Below, piece by piece: positions 41,713 through 51,537 of a stretch of 64,000 bases of DNA; position 1 is the stretch's first letter, and each line of letters begins with the position of its first letter. The position numbers and the translations under genes were made by a program. Under the pieces are notes generated by a model. The model was given only the letters and a program-made list of their open reading frames with translations, ran no database searches and was not told where the DNA came from. Source of the stretch: Candidatus Poribacteria bacterium (GTDB lineage Bacteria > Poribacteria > WGA-4E > PCPOR2b); NCBI GenBank assembly GCA_965215015.1, contig OZ244042.1, forward strand, positions 2,112,001 to 2,176,000, in the 5' to 3' direction.

Positions 41713-42921
41713 CTATGCGCTTATCTGCGTCTCGTTCACCGCATACACCCTCTGGAATATGTCTTCGTCAACTTCCAACCCAAGACCCAGCGCGTTGGCA
41801 ACAGCGTACGAACCGTTCTCAAATGTAAAGTCGTCGGATTTGTATACGTTTGGTGCGCAGCGTTCATCTTCGATGGTAATGAACGATTCGGAAGCCGCTC
41901 CCCAGATCAGCGAGGCGCGAGTACCGAATACGCCGTTGTGGAAGCAGTGCGGCTGCGAGCTGACACCATAGCTGTCTAACTGTTCCTCGATTTCGTTCCA
42001 ACGTGAAAAACCATGCCTGACGATGTCCGGTTGGTAACCATCCATCAAACCGTCTTCCATCATGTCCACGTACACATCGCTGATTGGATCGGGGTCGACT
42101 TCACCGCACACCAACAACGCCTCCGAACCAACCTTCTCTTGGATGTTTCTGATCGCCCGATAGTCGTCGACGTTTGGAGGGACCATCTCCTCAAGCCAGA
42201 ACACGTCCGCAGGCTTTGTTTCTCGAATGAACATCTCCAGCAGGTCTAGGCGGTTCCTGTACCCGAAGTTACCGTCCGTCAATATCTTCGCGTCCGGCCC
42301 AATGGCTTCCCGCACGGCATAGATAACCTCGATATCGCGCCGAGCTCCCGCCTCTGGGTTCATCCAGCGACCGCACCGGCCGGTCTTGATTTTGAACTGC
42401 CTTCACCCAGCGTCAAACCCCTCTCTGGCTTGCTCAGCGACCAGTACTGCACCTTTTTCGGGGAAGTTCAGGTCGCTGAAGTAAAGGGTCGTGTCATAGG
42501 CATCTACGCGGTCACGCTTCTTGCCTCCAAGCAGCTCTAGGCAAGAGACACCCAGGGCCCTGCCAACCAAATCGTAGACGAGGATACTCATCCAGCCTTG
42601 GCCCCGGAACGCCCGTTTCGCCTCCTTTGTTGGGCCCGTGACACGTCCATTAGATACATGCAGGAACTCATCTAATCGCCTACCAAGAAGGACCTCTTTG
42701 AGCAGATTCATCACATCTGCCACAGACCCCTGTCCCCCGATTGCTCCGAGGTGCCCCTTGTTGATTGCTAGGCCCTCAACTCCACCATCCGTGCGAGCAC
42801 GGACAAGCCACTCGATTCCTATTGACCCGTGGCCCCAGTTGTAAGCATTCCTAGCAATTTCATGGGGGTAACGGGCAGGAATCGGGGTAACACTGATTTC
42901 GGTAATACGTTGCGATGTCAT
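41713..42921 (-). pseudogene. Mandelate racemase-family gene interrupted by one in-frame TGA (42403-42405)
   Basis: Both ORFs are in the same frame: GFDAG*RQFKIKTGR; DGN, WLEE, GE, GLGL motifs intact. Confidence 0.8.
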
Positions 42922-42959
42922 CTCTAATATACCTTACCTTTCATGACAAACCGACTGCT

Positions 42960-43215
42960 AAATAAGTGAGGAGGTGCTCGTAAAGTAGTAGGCCCGTTCC
43001 GTGTGTCGTAAACCCCACAACCGTTATGGCACATGGCTTGGCTAACACACAACTGCCATTAAAATTCTAACCATAACTTGAAGAACAAAGCACTGCCAAC
43101 CCCGGGGGCATCTTGCCTCATCTACCGCCTGAGCTCCCTATCTGTATCCGTGCAATCTGCTGCATCAGTTTAATCCGTGTCTCAGACAATAATTATGAGC
43201 ATCCCTCATCTATAT
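42960..43215. mobile_element. MITE family C
   Basis: Homolog of 16938-17197. Confidence 0.65.
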
Positions 43216-43245
43216 TTGACTCAGTTCTTTGTGTTCAGTATAATA

Positions 43246-43760
43246 TAGGGCTTACGCAGTTGAACGTTCAAAGGAAACACCAGAAAAGGGCGCGCAATGT
43301 TTATGGTCGGTTGAGCCATAATTATAGCGCAAGAGTCATGGTATCCCCGGTGACTCATCAAATACCAAGTGTATCACTCGACAGGGTTTGGTGAATTGAG
43401 CCGGGGGCTGTTGCACGACAGTGTTGGTATCTATACGACTCACGCCGCCCGATGAATCGGCAACTTCAGTTTATTATCCGCCAGTAGTAGGCCCGCGGCG
43501 CGTGCTATCCCCCCCGTTTCTTGCCCCTCTGCTGGTGTGGGACCTAAGGGAGTAGCCCCGCCTCTCCCCACACTTCTTTTCCCCTCCGCTTGCGGGTGGG
43601 TTAGGGGGGGAGCCCTACCCCTGCTGGCGTGGGGACTAAGGGGGTGATACCCCAGCCGGTATTTAGCAGGAGGAAGGGGGGACAGCATACGCCGTATGCC
43701 GACTCCCTTAAAGACGCAAGTTGAATGGCGTTACGACAAAACTCAAGGGCGTAACTCCTA
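43246..43760. mobile_element. MITE family A (long form, REP-laden)
   Basis: TAGGGCTTACGCAGTTGAAC...GCGTAACTCCTA. Confidence 0.78.
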
Positions 43761-44027
43761 ATAATAATTCAAGTTGCTACCTATAGCAAGAACAAATCAA
43801 CCATTGCAAATTAGTATATCAGGAGATACTCTATATGTTTAAGTATCATTTCATCTCCTATTTGATGGGAATTTGCAAACAACGACAGCACTTCATTATA
43901 CTCAACACTCATCAGTTTGTTGATATTTATCTTCGGTTATCAAAATGTCTCTGCCCAACAGTGGATCGCCCTATGCTATTTTTCAACAGAGCTGCCTCAT
44001 CTGCCCAAATCCCGACAAGAAACTAGT

Positions 44028-44591
44028 TAGGATTACGCAGTTGAACGTTTAAACGAAACACCAAACACTACTGCGCTACTGTCCGGGTGGGTCGAGCCAG
44101 GATTATGGCGCAATGGTCCTGGTATCTTTCGGTGACTCATCAAATACTAGGTGTGTCACTCGACAGTGTTTGGTAAATTGAAAACACCAAGTATGTTGCG
44201 CGATAGAATATCAGACACTGTTATGCCCCATGATTGGCTCCATCCGCCCGGGAGATTGTGCAACGGTGGCGGTTGTCCACTGTTGCATGACAGTGTTGGT
44301 ATCTATACAACTTACGCCGCACAATGAATCGGACAACTCTAGTTCATCCGACAGTCGTATGCACGCTCCACGTCCCCTCCCCCTGCTAAATACCCGGTGG
44401 GTCGTCCCTCAGTTCCTAGCTCATTGAGCCTAGAGCGGTCTGATACCGTGTGAGTATTCGGGACTGAGGGGGGTATCCTGAATACCCACACGGTTTCCCC
44501 TCTGCTTGCGGGGCGAAGGGACACCGTATGCCGACTCCCTTAAAGACGCGGGTTGAATTGGGCGACTACAAACTCAAGTGCGTAACTCCTA
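44028..44591. mobile_element. MITE family A (long form)
   Basis: TAGGATTACGCAGTTGAAC...GTGCGTAACTCCTA; colinear with the 43246 copy. Confidence 0.78.
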
Positions 44592-44638
44592 ACTTATAGC
44601 CTATCTATACCTACTTCACAGAAGGAGGACAAGCCAGA

Positions 44639-46090
44639 ATGTACAAAAAACAATACCCAGGGCCCAATGCGGAGGTCGAGGAAGCCTTAGCGAGGGTTTG
44701 CACGGGGCCACATCAAACACGGCCCTTGGGGGCAAAGACGGGGGATCCAATCAGACCATCGGCAATTCTTGAGACCATTCTGAGATCAGTCAAAGGAGAG
44801 TTGCCCGCAGATCAAGCGGTCTCAGAGGTTCAGATGGGCGCATTTTTCGCCGGGATGACAATTCGGAAGGGTTTCCCCAAAAAAACGCGATGGAGCACAG
44901 CCGAGATCGAGGCTTTTGACAAATACCGCCCGGATTTGGAACGGTTGATGCCTCCAGAGCTTAGGTTTATCATGCAACCGGAGTTGGGACATACCGATAC
45001 AAATCTCGATGAAACTGTCGTCGTAAAAGCCCTTGAAAAGATCTTGAGAGGCAATCATTTGACCTACGATGAAACGCGCCAGATGGGAAAAGCTATCCTG
45101 AATGGAGATGTGAAGGGAGCACTGAAGGGAGCAGCACTCATCGGCCAGCGTATGAACCTTGAGAGTTACGATGAGGTGCGCGGATATCTAGATGCAACTT
45201 TCAGTCGAGATCAGGTGCGCGAGGTTTCCATCGAGTCGCTGACGCATTTCGGCCAACCCTTCGATGGTGCGACGCGGTACTTTAGACCGACGCTGTTTAT
45301 CGCAGCCGTGAGAGCTGCGCTAGGCGAGCCATCGGTGCTGCACGGTGTGGATGAGATGCCTCCGAAAAGCGGAATCACAGAAGAGCAGCAGCTGCAGGTG
45401 CTCGGTGCTCGCACAAATCTCTCCCTTGACGAAGCGGCAAATCTAATCGAAGATCCAGAGGTTGGGTTTGCTTACGTGAGTCAGCGGGAATATGCGCCCG
45501 GTGCCTACAACATCCGGGAATTACGGGTTCATATCAAAAAGCGTCCCCCTTGGGCAGCGACGGAGAAAGCGCAGCAACTGTTCACTGCTTCCGGTGCAAA
45601 CTACATGGTGATTGGATACTATCACCCCGGTTATGAAACGCCATTGCTGCAGTTGATAGGGGAGCGCGGTTTCCGTGCAGGGCTTGTGGTCAAAGGTGAG
45701 GAGGGAACAAGCCACTACGCCTTGCGATTGGGGAATCCTTCGACAGAAAAGCGACAAGCCATAAATTATTCTCAAGGATTCCGCCGTATCGGTGAGCGAC
45801 GTGAGGATTTTTCGCTAGACATAGACCCGTCGGAGTTCGGATTCAATTACGAGAAAAACCCGCGCCTAGAAACGATAAATCCCGAAGCGTTTGCATCGGT
45901 AGGAATGGAGGCATTATCCGGTCAGAAAGGGCAGATATATGACAGGTTGGTGCTCAATACAGCGATGACCGATTACCTGTTGGGCATCTGCTCGGATCCA
46001 CACGAGGCCCTCGAACGGACCAAGGAAGCGATTGATAGCGGCCGTGCCCTAGCGCATCTGAAAACATACATCGCGAAAAGCCAACTCTGA
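44639..46090 (+). CDS. Anthranilate phosphoribosyltransferase-like (glycosyl transferase family 3/YbiB-like) protein
   Basis: QMGAFFAG, PFDG.TR, LHGVD.MPPKSG, KRPPWATEK-like, GYYHPGYE, KGEEG, AIDSG.A. Confidence 0.75.
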   Translation: MYKKQYPGPNAEVEEALARVCTGPHQTRPLGAKTGDPIRPSAILETILRSVKGELPADQAVSEVQMGAFFAGMTIRKGFPKKTRWSTAEIEAFDKYRPDLERLMPPELRFIMQPELGHTDTNLDETVVVKALEKILRGNHLTYDETRQMGKAILNGDVKGALKGAALIGQRMNLESYDEVRGYLDATFSRDQVREVSIESLTHFGQPFDGATRYFRPTLFIAAVRAALGEPSVLHGVDEMPPKSGITEEQQLQVLGARTNLSLDEAANLIEDPEVGFAYVSQREYAPGAYNIRELRVHIKKRPPWAATEKAQQLFTASGANYMVIGYYHPGYETPLLQLIGERGFRAGLVVKGEEGTSHYALRLGNPSTEKRQAINYSQGFRRIGERREDFSLDIDPSEFGFNYEKNPRLETINPEAFASVGMEALSGQKGQIYDRLVLNTAMTDYLLGICSDPHEALERTKEAIDSGRALAHLKTYIAKSQL

Positions 46091-46244
46091 GACCGATACC
46101 GACGCAAATTCGTTTGATACTAAATCCGATTGTTTTGTCGTAGCGGTCTCAGTAATTTTATAAAATTTCATTTTCGATAAGAATTGGAGGTACGCTAAAC
46201 ACCGGCTGAAACTTGGGTTATTTAGCGAGTGCATATCCGTTTGT

Positions 46245-47069
46245 TCACACCTCGACAACCCAAGGCGTGCGCTCTGGGTTGACACCGTAATGTTCCGCCC
46301 AATCTATCAAGGCTTGGGATGATGTGTCAACGTTCCGGTACGCACCTAAAAGTTGTTTGTCAATATCGCTGTTCACTCGTTCTATTACCCGTTCATCCGG
46401 CGGATCAAGGTTGACATCGACCTTCATCCATCGATAGGCATAGCCGTAGATTATCACCTTTGAAATAGAATCACTCAGGTTAGGCGCAGCGGTATGGAAC
46501 GTACGATTTTCAAAAAAGATAGCATCACCGGCGCGTAAACGCGAATCGACCACTGTCGGCGGGTCGGGTTCACCCTTGCGAATTGCCAATGGCTCAGTAT
46601 TCTGATGGCTCCCGCGTGCCATCAAGGTCATACCGGAGTCAGGCTCAAGAAAGTCTGTCAGACAATAGCAGACCTTTATTCCGACCCGCGGCAAGCCTTC
46701 ATGCCCCAAGTCTTCTGCAATGCCGATGTCACGGTGCCATCCCCGGTCGGGAGGCGTTGTGTCAGGAGGTTGGGGTTTCTTGTAGATTAGTGAAGCTGTG
46801 TGGAGATGGATATTGGGACTGAGTAACTGAACGACCCGTGAAACAGTAGTCGAGTTAGAGACGAGCGAGTCGAACGCCGCTTCCTGCACGATGCCATCGC
46901 GGCGTTGCAAATAGACGCTTTTTGGATCATCCATGAATGATTTCATCAATTGGTCTCCCGCTTCGGTCAGACGGGTAACGGTCTCGACATCAATAGCTTG
47001 TGGAATAATAAGAAAGCCATCTGCATCAAAGTCCCGGCGTTGCGCCTCAGTCAGCTGAAAGAAATCCAT
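46245..47069 (-). CDS. PhyH-family dioxygenase
   Basis: WHRD, GSH, AGDAIFF..RTFH...N. Confidence 0.88.
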   Translation of the reverse strand: MDFFQLTEAQRRDFDADGFLIIPQAIDVETVTRLTEAGDQLMKSFMDDPKSVYLQRRDGIVQEAAFDSLVSNSTTVSRVVQLLSPNIHLHTASLIYKKPQPPDTTPPDRGWHRDIGIAEDLGHEGLPRVGIKVCYCLTDFLEPDSGMTLMARGSHQNTEPLAIRKGEPDPPTVVDSRLRAGDAIFFENRTFHTAAPNLSDSISKVIIYGYAYRWMKVDVNLDPPDERVIERVNSDIDKQLLGAYRNVDTSSQALIDWAEHYGVNPERTPWVVEV

Positions 47070-47151
47070 TAAGTGATAAACCTCCTCTAATCATGGTATA
47101 TACGCCGAATTCCATGCCTCGCGCAAGTACAGCATATTTCCAATGTTATCA

Positions 47152-47400
47152 CTATACTCCCCTCCGGTCGGATAGCCATTGCTGAGCCTCCATCACTGTC
47201 ATTACAGGAGACTCATATCCCGTGCTACTTACCAAGAGCTCCCCACTTCGGATCTCTCCGCGTAAAAGGTTCACACCCGTCACCAGCTGCGCTAACGTGA
47301 AGTCGTTGGCGTAGCACAAAGCCCCTTGCAAAAAGACAAAAATTGCAACTATAGAGGATAAAAGAGAAGGACGCTTTTTCCAACAGTATTTCTTAAACAT
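47152..47400 (-). pseudogene. Probably truncated secreted protein (signal peptide plus short mature N-terminus)
   Basis: 82 aa; signal-like N-terminus, AAGGA RBS, abrupt end; last gene of the 49.9-47.1 kb cassette. Confidence 0.45.
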
Positions 47401-47427
47401 CGTTAGGGGTTCCTTTCTATATTTGTA

Positions 47428-48132
47428 TCAATCAGACCCCGCCCCTTCGGCCTCTAACTGCAACGCAAAATCCTTAATCATGCCCTTAATCACTGACAAC
47501 TCCTCAAACCATTTATCCGTTTTCCGGTCTATTTCTGTCATCTTCTGACTATAGCTGTTCTCTAACGCCAAAACGGCTGCGACCGAATCATTCTCACGAC
47601 GTAGCTTCCGCAATTGGTGCCACTCTTCAATGGCTAGATATTCTTCAGGGGTCGGATTGGGGGAAAGCTTCTCCTCTATAATTTTTTGGAGTCGATTCAC
47701 CTCTATATCTAATGCCTTCTGCTTAGCCGGCAATTCCTGACCCAGACGTTCACTGGCCCGAGCCCACTCCATATTGGTTTCATTCCTCAATTTGGTGAGC
47801 TGATCGATTTCTGCCTCCACTTGCAATTGTCCAGCCCTGAGTAGAGCAATTGAGTTGCGAATCCTTTGTTCTCTCTCAGAGGCATCCGCTGCACTCGTCG
47901 CCTCCAAAGCGGCTTCTGCGTCATATATAACGATTTCCGGATCCGAATCCAGCTGGTTTCCGCGAACCGGCGGTGGTGTCGGTACATTGCTGATGGGCGG
48001 CGGTGGCTTGAACCGTTCATCATCCGACTGAAAACGCCAACTCTTCCCAAAGTAGCTGCCAATCATAAAGCTGCCAATCACAATCAGCACCACGACGCCC
48101 GTTCCTAAAATAACGCGCCAATCACGTTTCAT
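47428..48132 (-). CDS. Membrane-anchored Pro-rich/coiled-coil hypothetical protein, copy B
   Basis: One N-terminal TM, PPPP linker, heptad helices; GGAGG RBS. Confidence 0.85.
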   Translation of the reverse strand: MKRDWRVILGTGVVVLIVIGSFMIGSYFGKSWRFQSDDERFKPPPPISNVPTPPPVRGNQLDSDPEIVIYDAEAALEATSAADASEREQRIRNSIALLRAGQLQVEAEIDQLTKLRNETNMEWARASERLGQELPAKQKALDIEVNRLQKIIEEKLSPNPTPEEYLAIEEWHQLRKLRRENDSVAAVLALENSYSQKMTEIDRKTDKWFEELSVIKGMIKDFALQLEAEGAGSD

Positions 48133-48219
48133 GATTTTCCTCCGGAATACAGGGACTCCTCAGTGAGCGTAAAGCCAACGGCTGAGCCAATGGCTTTAAC
48201 GCAAAGGAGACTTGAAAAC

Positions 48220-48927
48220 TTACTCGGCCCCCTCGGACTCTAACTGCAACGCCAAATCCTTAATCCTATCCTTAATCACAGACCGTTCCTTAAATAATTC
48301 AGCCACTTTCCGGTCTATTTCTGTCATCTTCTGACTATAGCTGTTCTCTAACGCCCAAACGGCTTCGACCGAATCATTCTCACGAAGTAGCTTCCGCAAT
48401 TGGTGCCACTCTTCAAGGGCTAGATATTCTTCAGCGGTCGAATTGGGGGAAAGCTTCTCCTCTATAATTTTTTGGAGTCGATTCACCTCTATATCTAATG
48501 CCTTCTGCTTAGCCGGCAATTCCTTATCCTGCCGTACCGTGGCCCGACGCCACTCCATATTGATTTCATTCCCCAATTTGGTGAGTTGATTTATTTCTGC
48601 CTTCACTTGCAATTGTTCAGCCCTGAGTCGAACAATTGAGTTGCGAATCCTTTGTTCTCTCTCAGAGGCATCCGCTGCACTCGTCGCCTCCAAAGCGGCT
48701 TCTGCGTCATATATAACGATTTCCGGATCCGAATCCAGCTGGTTTCCGCGAACCGGCGGTGGTGTCGGTACATTGCTGATGGGCGGCGGTGGCTTGAGCC
48801 ATTCATCATCCGACTGAAAACGCCAACTCTTCCCAAAGTAGCTGCCAATCATAAAGCTGCCAATCACAATCAGCACCACGACGCCCGTTCCTAAAATAAC
48901 GCGCCAATCACGCCAATCACGTTTCAT
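48220..48927 (-). CDS. Membrane-anchored Pro-rich/coiled-coil hypothetical protein, copy A
   Basis: Tandem duplicate of 47428-48132 including the RBS; 9-bp duplication encoding DWR. Confidence 0.85.
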   Translation of the reverse strand: MKRDWRDWRVILGTGVVVLIVIGSFMIGSYFGKSWRFQSDDEWLKPPPPISNVPTPPPVRGNQLDSDPEIVIYDAEAALEATSAADASEREQRIRNSIVRLRAEQLQVKAEINQLTKLGNEINMEWRRATVRQDKELPAKQKALDIEVNRLQKIIEEKLSPNSTAEEYLALEEWHQLRKLLRENDSVEAVWALENSYSQKMTEIDRKVAELFKERSVIKDRIKDLALQLESEGAE

Positions 48928-49044
48928 GATTTTCCTCCGGAATACAGGTTAGATAGTGAAGTGAACCGCCAAGAATGCACGTCCATAGCAGTTCACCATT
49001 AGATCACTGATATAGTTCAAAATGACAACGAAAGACACACTTGT

Positions 49045-49503
49045 TCAAGGACATCGAATAGAAAGGTTACATCGGATGCGATTCCCGCCTTGACCAGCAA
49101 ACGCGTTCGTGCATTCATAATCGAGAGTACAAAACTCACAATACCACATCTTCCAACCCGGGGGGTGCGTAGAACATCTACAATCGTAATAGCCTGTGCT
49201 TGCTATTTTGCAGTATTGGTTTCCGTAGATTTTCACGTATGGATCCGTTCCACAATACGACGGCCAAGGACAAATAGATCCAGTAGACTTACAGAATCCA
49301 CTCTCCCCACCTTTTGTACTGCCAATGTCGTAACAGTTGACAGATCCGCCTGCAATTTGAGACATCTCCTCCATGTCCAGCACAGTCAGCGTGGGAGAGT
49401 GGACCGCCGCCACCGCAGGAAGGCTGAGTGACAATAAAATACTAACACCAATTGAAAGAAAAAGCAAGCGCGATAAATTTTGACTCAAACCGAAATTAAA
49501 CAT
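49045..49503 (-). CDS. Secreted Cys-rich protein with double-glycine-type pro-segment
   Basis: GGAGG RBS before ATG at 49503; signal peptide; LDMEEMSQIAGG; 12 Cys in the following ~99 aa. Confidence 0.8.
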   Translation of the reverse strand: MFNFGLSQNLSRLLFLSIGVSILLSLSLPAVAAVHSPTLTVLDMEEMSQIAGGSVNCYDIGSTKGGESGFCKSTGSICPWPSYCGTDPYVKIYGNQYCKIASTGYYDCRCSTHPPGWKMWYCEFCTLDYECTNAFAGQGGNRIRCNLSIRCP

Positions 49504-49564
49504 GATTTTCCTCCAAGAATGTACTTCCATAGCAGTTCATTATCAGATAACGATTGTAGTGGGA

Positions 49565-49880
49565 CTAATAATCACCACAATCGTTTCCAACGTCACATTT
49601 GATGCGCCTCCCGCCGCCACCCATAAACTTGCGCTTGCACAACCCCGCAGGTTGCCAATCGGATTTGAGACATCGCTTACAATTATATGTCAGCCACGCG
49701 TTCCCATCGGTCCGACACCAACATCCGTGATGGCCTTGTTGTGCGTTTTGGCAGTACTCCGTTGCGCGAATTACGGTGTATTGACTATCCCCACATTGCG
49801 GATCGCCGAAACACTGACTTCCATCGGTTTTCACGTTTCACTCTCGGTCTTTGACCGAAGCACTTATCAACAGTTACAAA
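49565..49880 (-). pseudogene. 5'-decayed paralog of the Cys-rich protein
   Basis: 10 Cys align with Cys3-12 of 49045; upstream frameshift and stops; no signal peptide. Confidence 0.7.
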
Positions 49881-49911
49881 CTAGCACCATTGGTCAATAT
49901 ACTCTCTCTTA

Positions 49912-51510
49912 TCATGTATATTCAAGTGCCAAATCCAACCCAAGAATCGTGACGATACTCTCAGGAAGGACGCCATCGTTTCGAGCCGCTAACTCTACGA
50001 TATTTCTGCCCGTCCGTAGCGGGGGTACCTGTACGTCGTACGCAAGCCGCGGACTCACGGCTTGTCGGAGCTGGCGATCCGTACCATCATCCGAGGCGGG
50101 GATGAATCGGCTGTCGGTCAGTGCCTCACCGTTTAACCGAATGAGCAAGGCATCCTTCCAAGAGACATCGTCGAACTCAACAATCAAGGTCGCTCTTGTC
50201 GGCGGATGCGCCGCAACATCGTCACCGACGATTAGCGGTAGACGGCCAATCACGCCGGTACGCAGTGCACCGCGCTTCGATTCTAGCGGCAGGAGACGAG
50301 GAGCGGATAGGTGTGCGTAGTAAGGCAGGATGCCACCTGTGGCACTATCAACGCTGAACAGCTTATCTTTGCCGACCAACATATTCGCGTCTCCTACTTC
50401 ATGTACACAAGCGTAACAGCGACGGCGAGTTTCAACCAACTGATCGCCGGTCATAAACTCGAACGGCGTCCCAAGATTCCAGAAGTAGAGGCCGCGAACA
50501 CCGGCACGATACCAGTTCGACGCCAATCCACGCACCAACGGCAGCGACTCTTTGCCCAAGTTCACACACGGGTAAATAGGCACACCGTACATTCGTCCTG
50601 CTTCAACCCATGTCTTAACCGGCAGAGACCACGGCGCATACCCACCACCGACAATGAGGATGTCAATTAGATCTTTTCTGAGCCACGCGTCCACATCCAG
50701 GCCGTTGTCAAGGCACGTGGTGAAAGTATCGGGTACACGCACGGCGATGAGCATAGATCTACCCCGCCTCCGCGCTGTCCCTTCCGTCAGGTTGCGGATC
50801 TCATCCATCATTGATGTGATGATATCGCCCTCGTCCAGCGTGCACGGCTCACCGCGCATCTGCCGACTGAATAACACAGGGTGGCGGATATAGTCCAACT
50901 CGAACCCATCCACGTCATAACGTTGGCAGATCTCTTTAATAATTTCGAGTTTGCGTTGACGCACCGCTTCATGCGAGAAGTCCTGGGCAGTCGTGTACAA
51001 TTCAAACGCTGGCAGGGTGCCGCGGGTATCAACCATGAACTCCGGATGTGTGCGTTTCCAGACAGTCATGGCGTTGGCGTCCATAAAACTGTCATGTACG
51101 TCGTTCATGCGTACCGATGCGAACGCATCCATGTCATGCTCGTGCGCGAAGTCGCAAACTAGCTGCAGCGGACAACGATACTCCCGCACCAGCGTCTTGA
51201 CGTTCTCTGTCACCCTGTGCCAATATTTGACCGGCGCACCTTGGGCGTCACCGTAGATCGGCTGCACCTTGCTGTCGTAAGCCGGGGCGTCGAATTGTCC
51301 ACACAACACCGACCAAGAGATGGTGCCGACCTGTGTTCCGGCAAGTGGCGCGATCCGATGCGCTAGAAAACCTTCAGGCGTGTTTGCGTCCTCCAGGGCC
51401 AGCTCATGTGTATCATCGTTGAAGATAACGCGCTGAGGTCGGTGTGCTGCCTCAAATCGGGCACGTTTGATACCGGGCCAATGAACCTTGGACCAACGAC
51501 TCGTGGACAT
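49912..51510 (-). CDS. Glycoside hydrolase-like (GHL10/DUF187-type TIM barrel) protein
   Basis: IFNDD, FASVRMNDVHD, YDVDGFELDYIRH, GLYFWN. Confidence 0.7.
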   Translation of the reverse strand: MSTSRWSKVHWPGIKRARFEAAHRPQRVIFNDDTHELALEDANTPEGFLAHRIAPLAGTQVGTISWSVLCGQFDAPAYDSKVQPIYGDAQGAPVKYWHRVTENVKTLVREYRCPLQLVCDFAHEHDMDAFASVRMNDVHDSFMDANAMTVWKRTHPEFMVDTRGTLPAFELYTTAQDFSHEAVRQRKLEIIKEICQRYDVDGFELDYIRHPVLFSRQMRGEPCTLDEGDIITSMMDEIRNLTEGTARRRGRSMLIAVRVPDTFTTCLDNGLDVDAWLRKDLIDILIVGGGYAPWSLPVKTWVEAGRMYGVPIYPCVNLGKESLPLVRGLASNWYRAGVRGLYFWNLGTPFEFMTGDQLVETRRRCYACVHEVGDANMLVGKDKLFSVDSATGGILPYYAHLSAPRLLPLESKRGALRTGVIGRLPLIVGDDVAAHPPTRATLIVEFDDVSWKDALLIRLNGEALTDSRFIPASDDGTDRQLRQAVSPRLAYDVQVPPLRTGRNIVELAARNDGVLPESIVTILGLDLALEYT

Positions 51511-51537
51511 ATTTCCCTCCTATATTTTCAGACGTAT

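Noticed and set aside
42403-42405. Selenocysteine codon or alternative genetic code
   Set aside because: The position corresponds to an aromatic residue rather than Cys, and TGA is used as a normal stop by many genes in this window.
43113-44524. Several short ORFs
   Set aside because: Most lie within MITE/REP mosaics; the rest lack an RBS or motifs.
47428-48927. Diversity-generating retroelement TR/VR pair
   Set aside because: Many differences do not involve adenines (CGG/TGG, TTC/CTC, CCT/GCT), the whole gene is duplicated, and no reverse transcriptase is present.
49502-50320. 272-aa plus-strand ORF
   Set aside because: It is an antisense shadow of the Cys-rich remnant and the GH-like gene, with no motifs.
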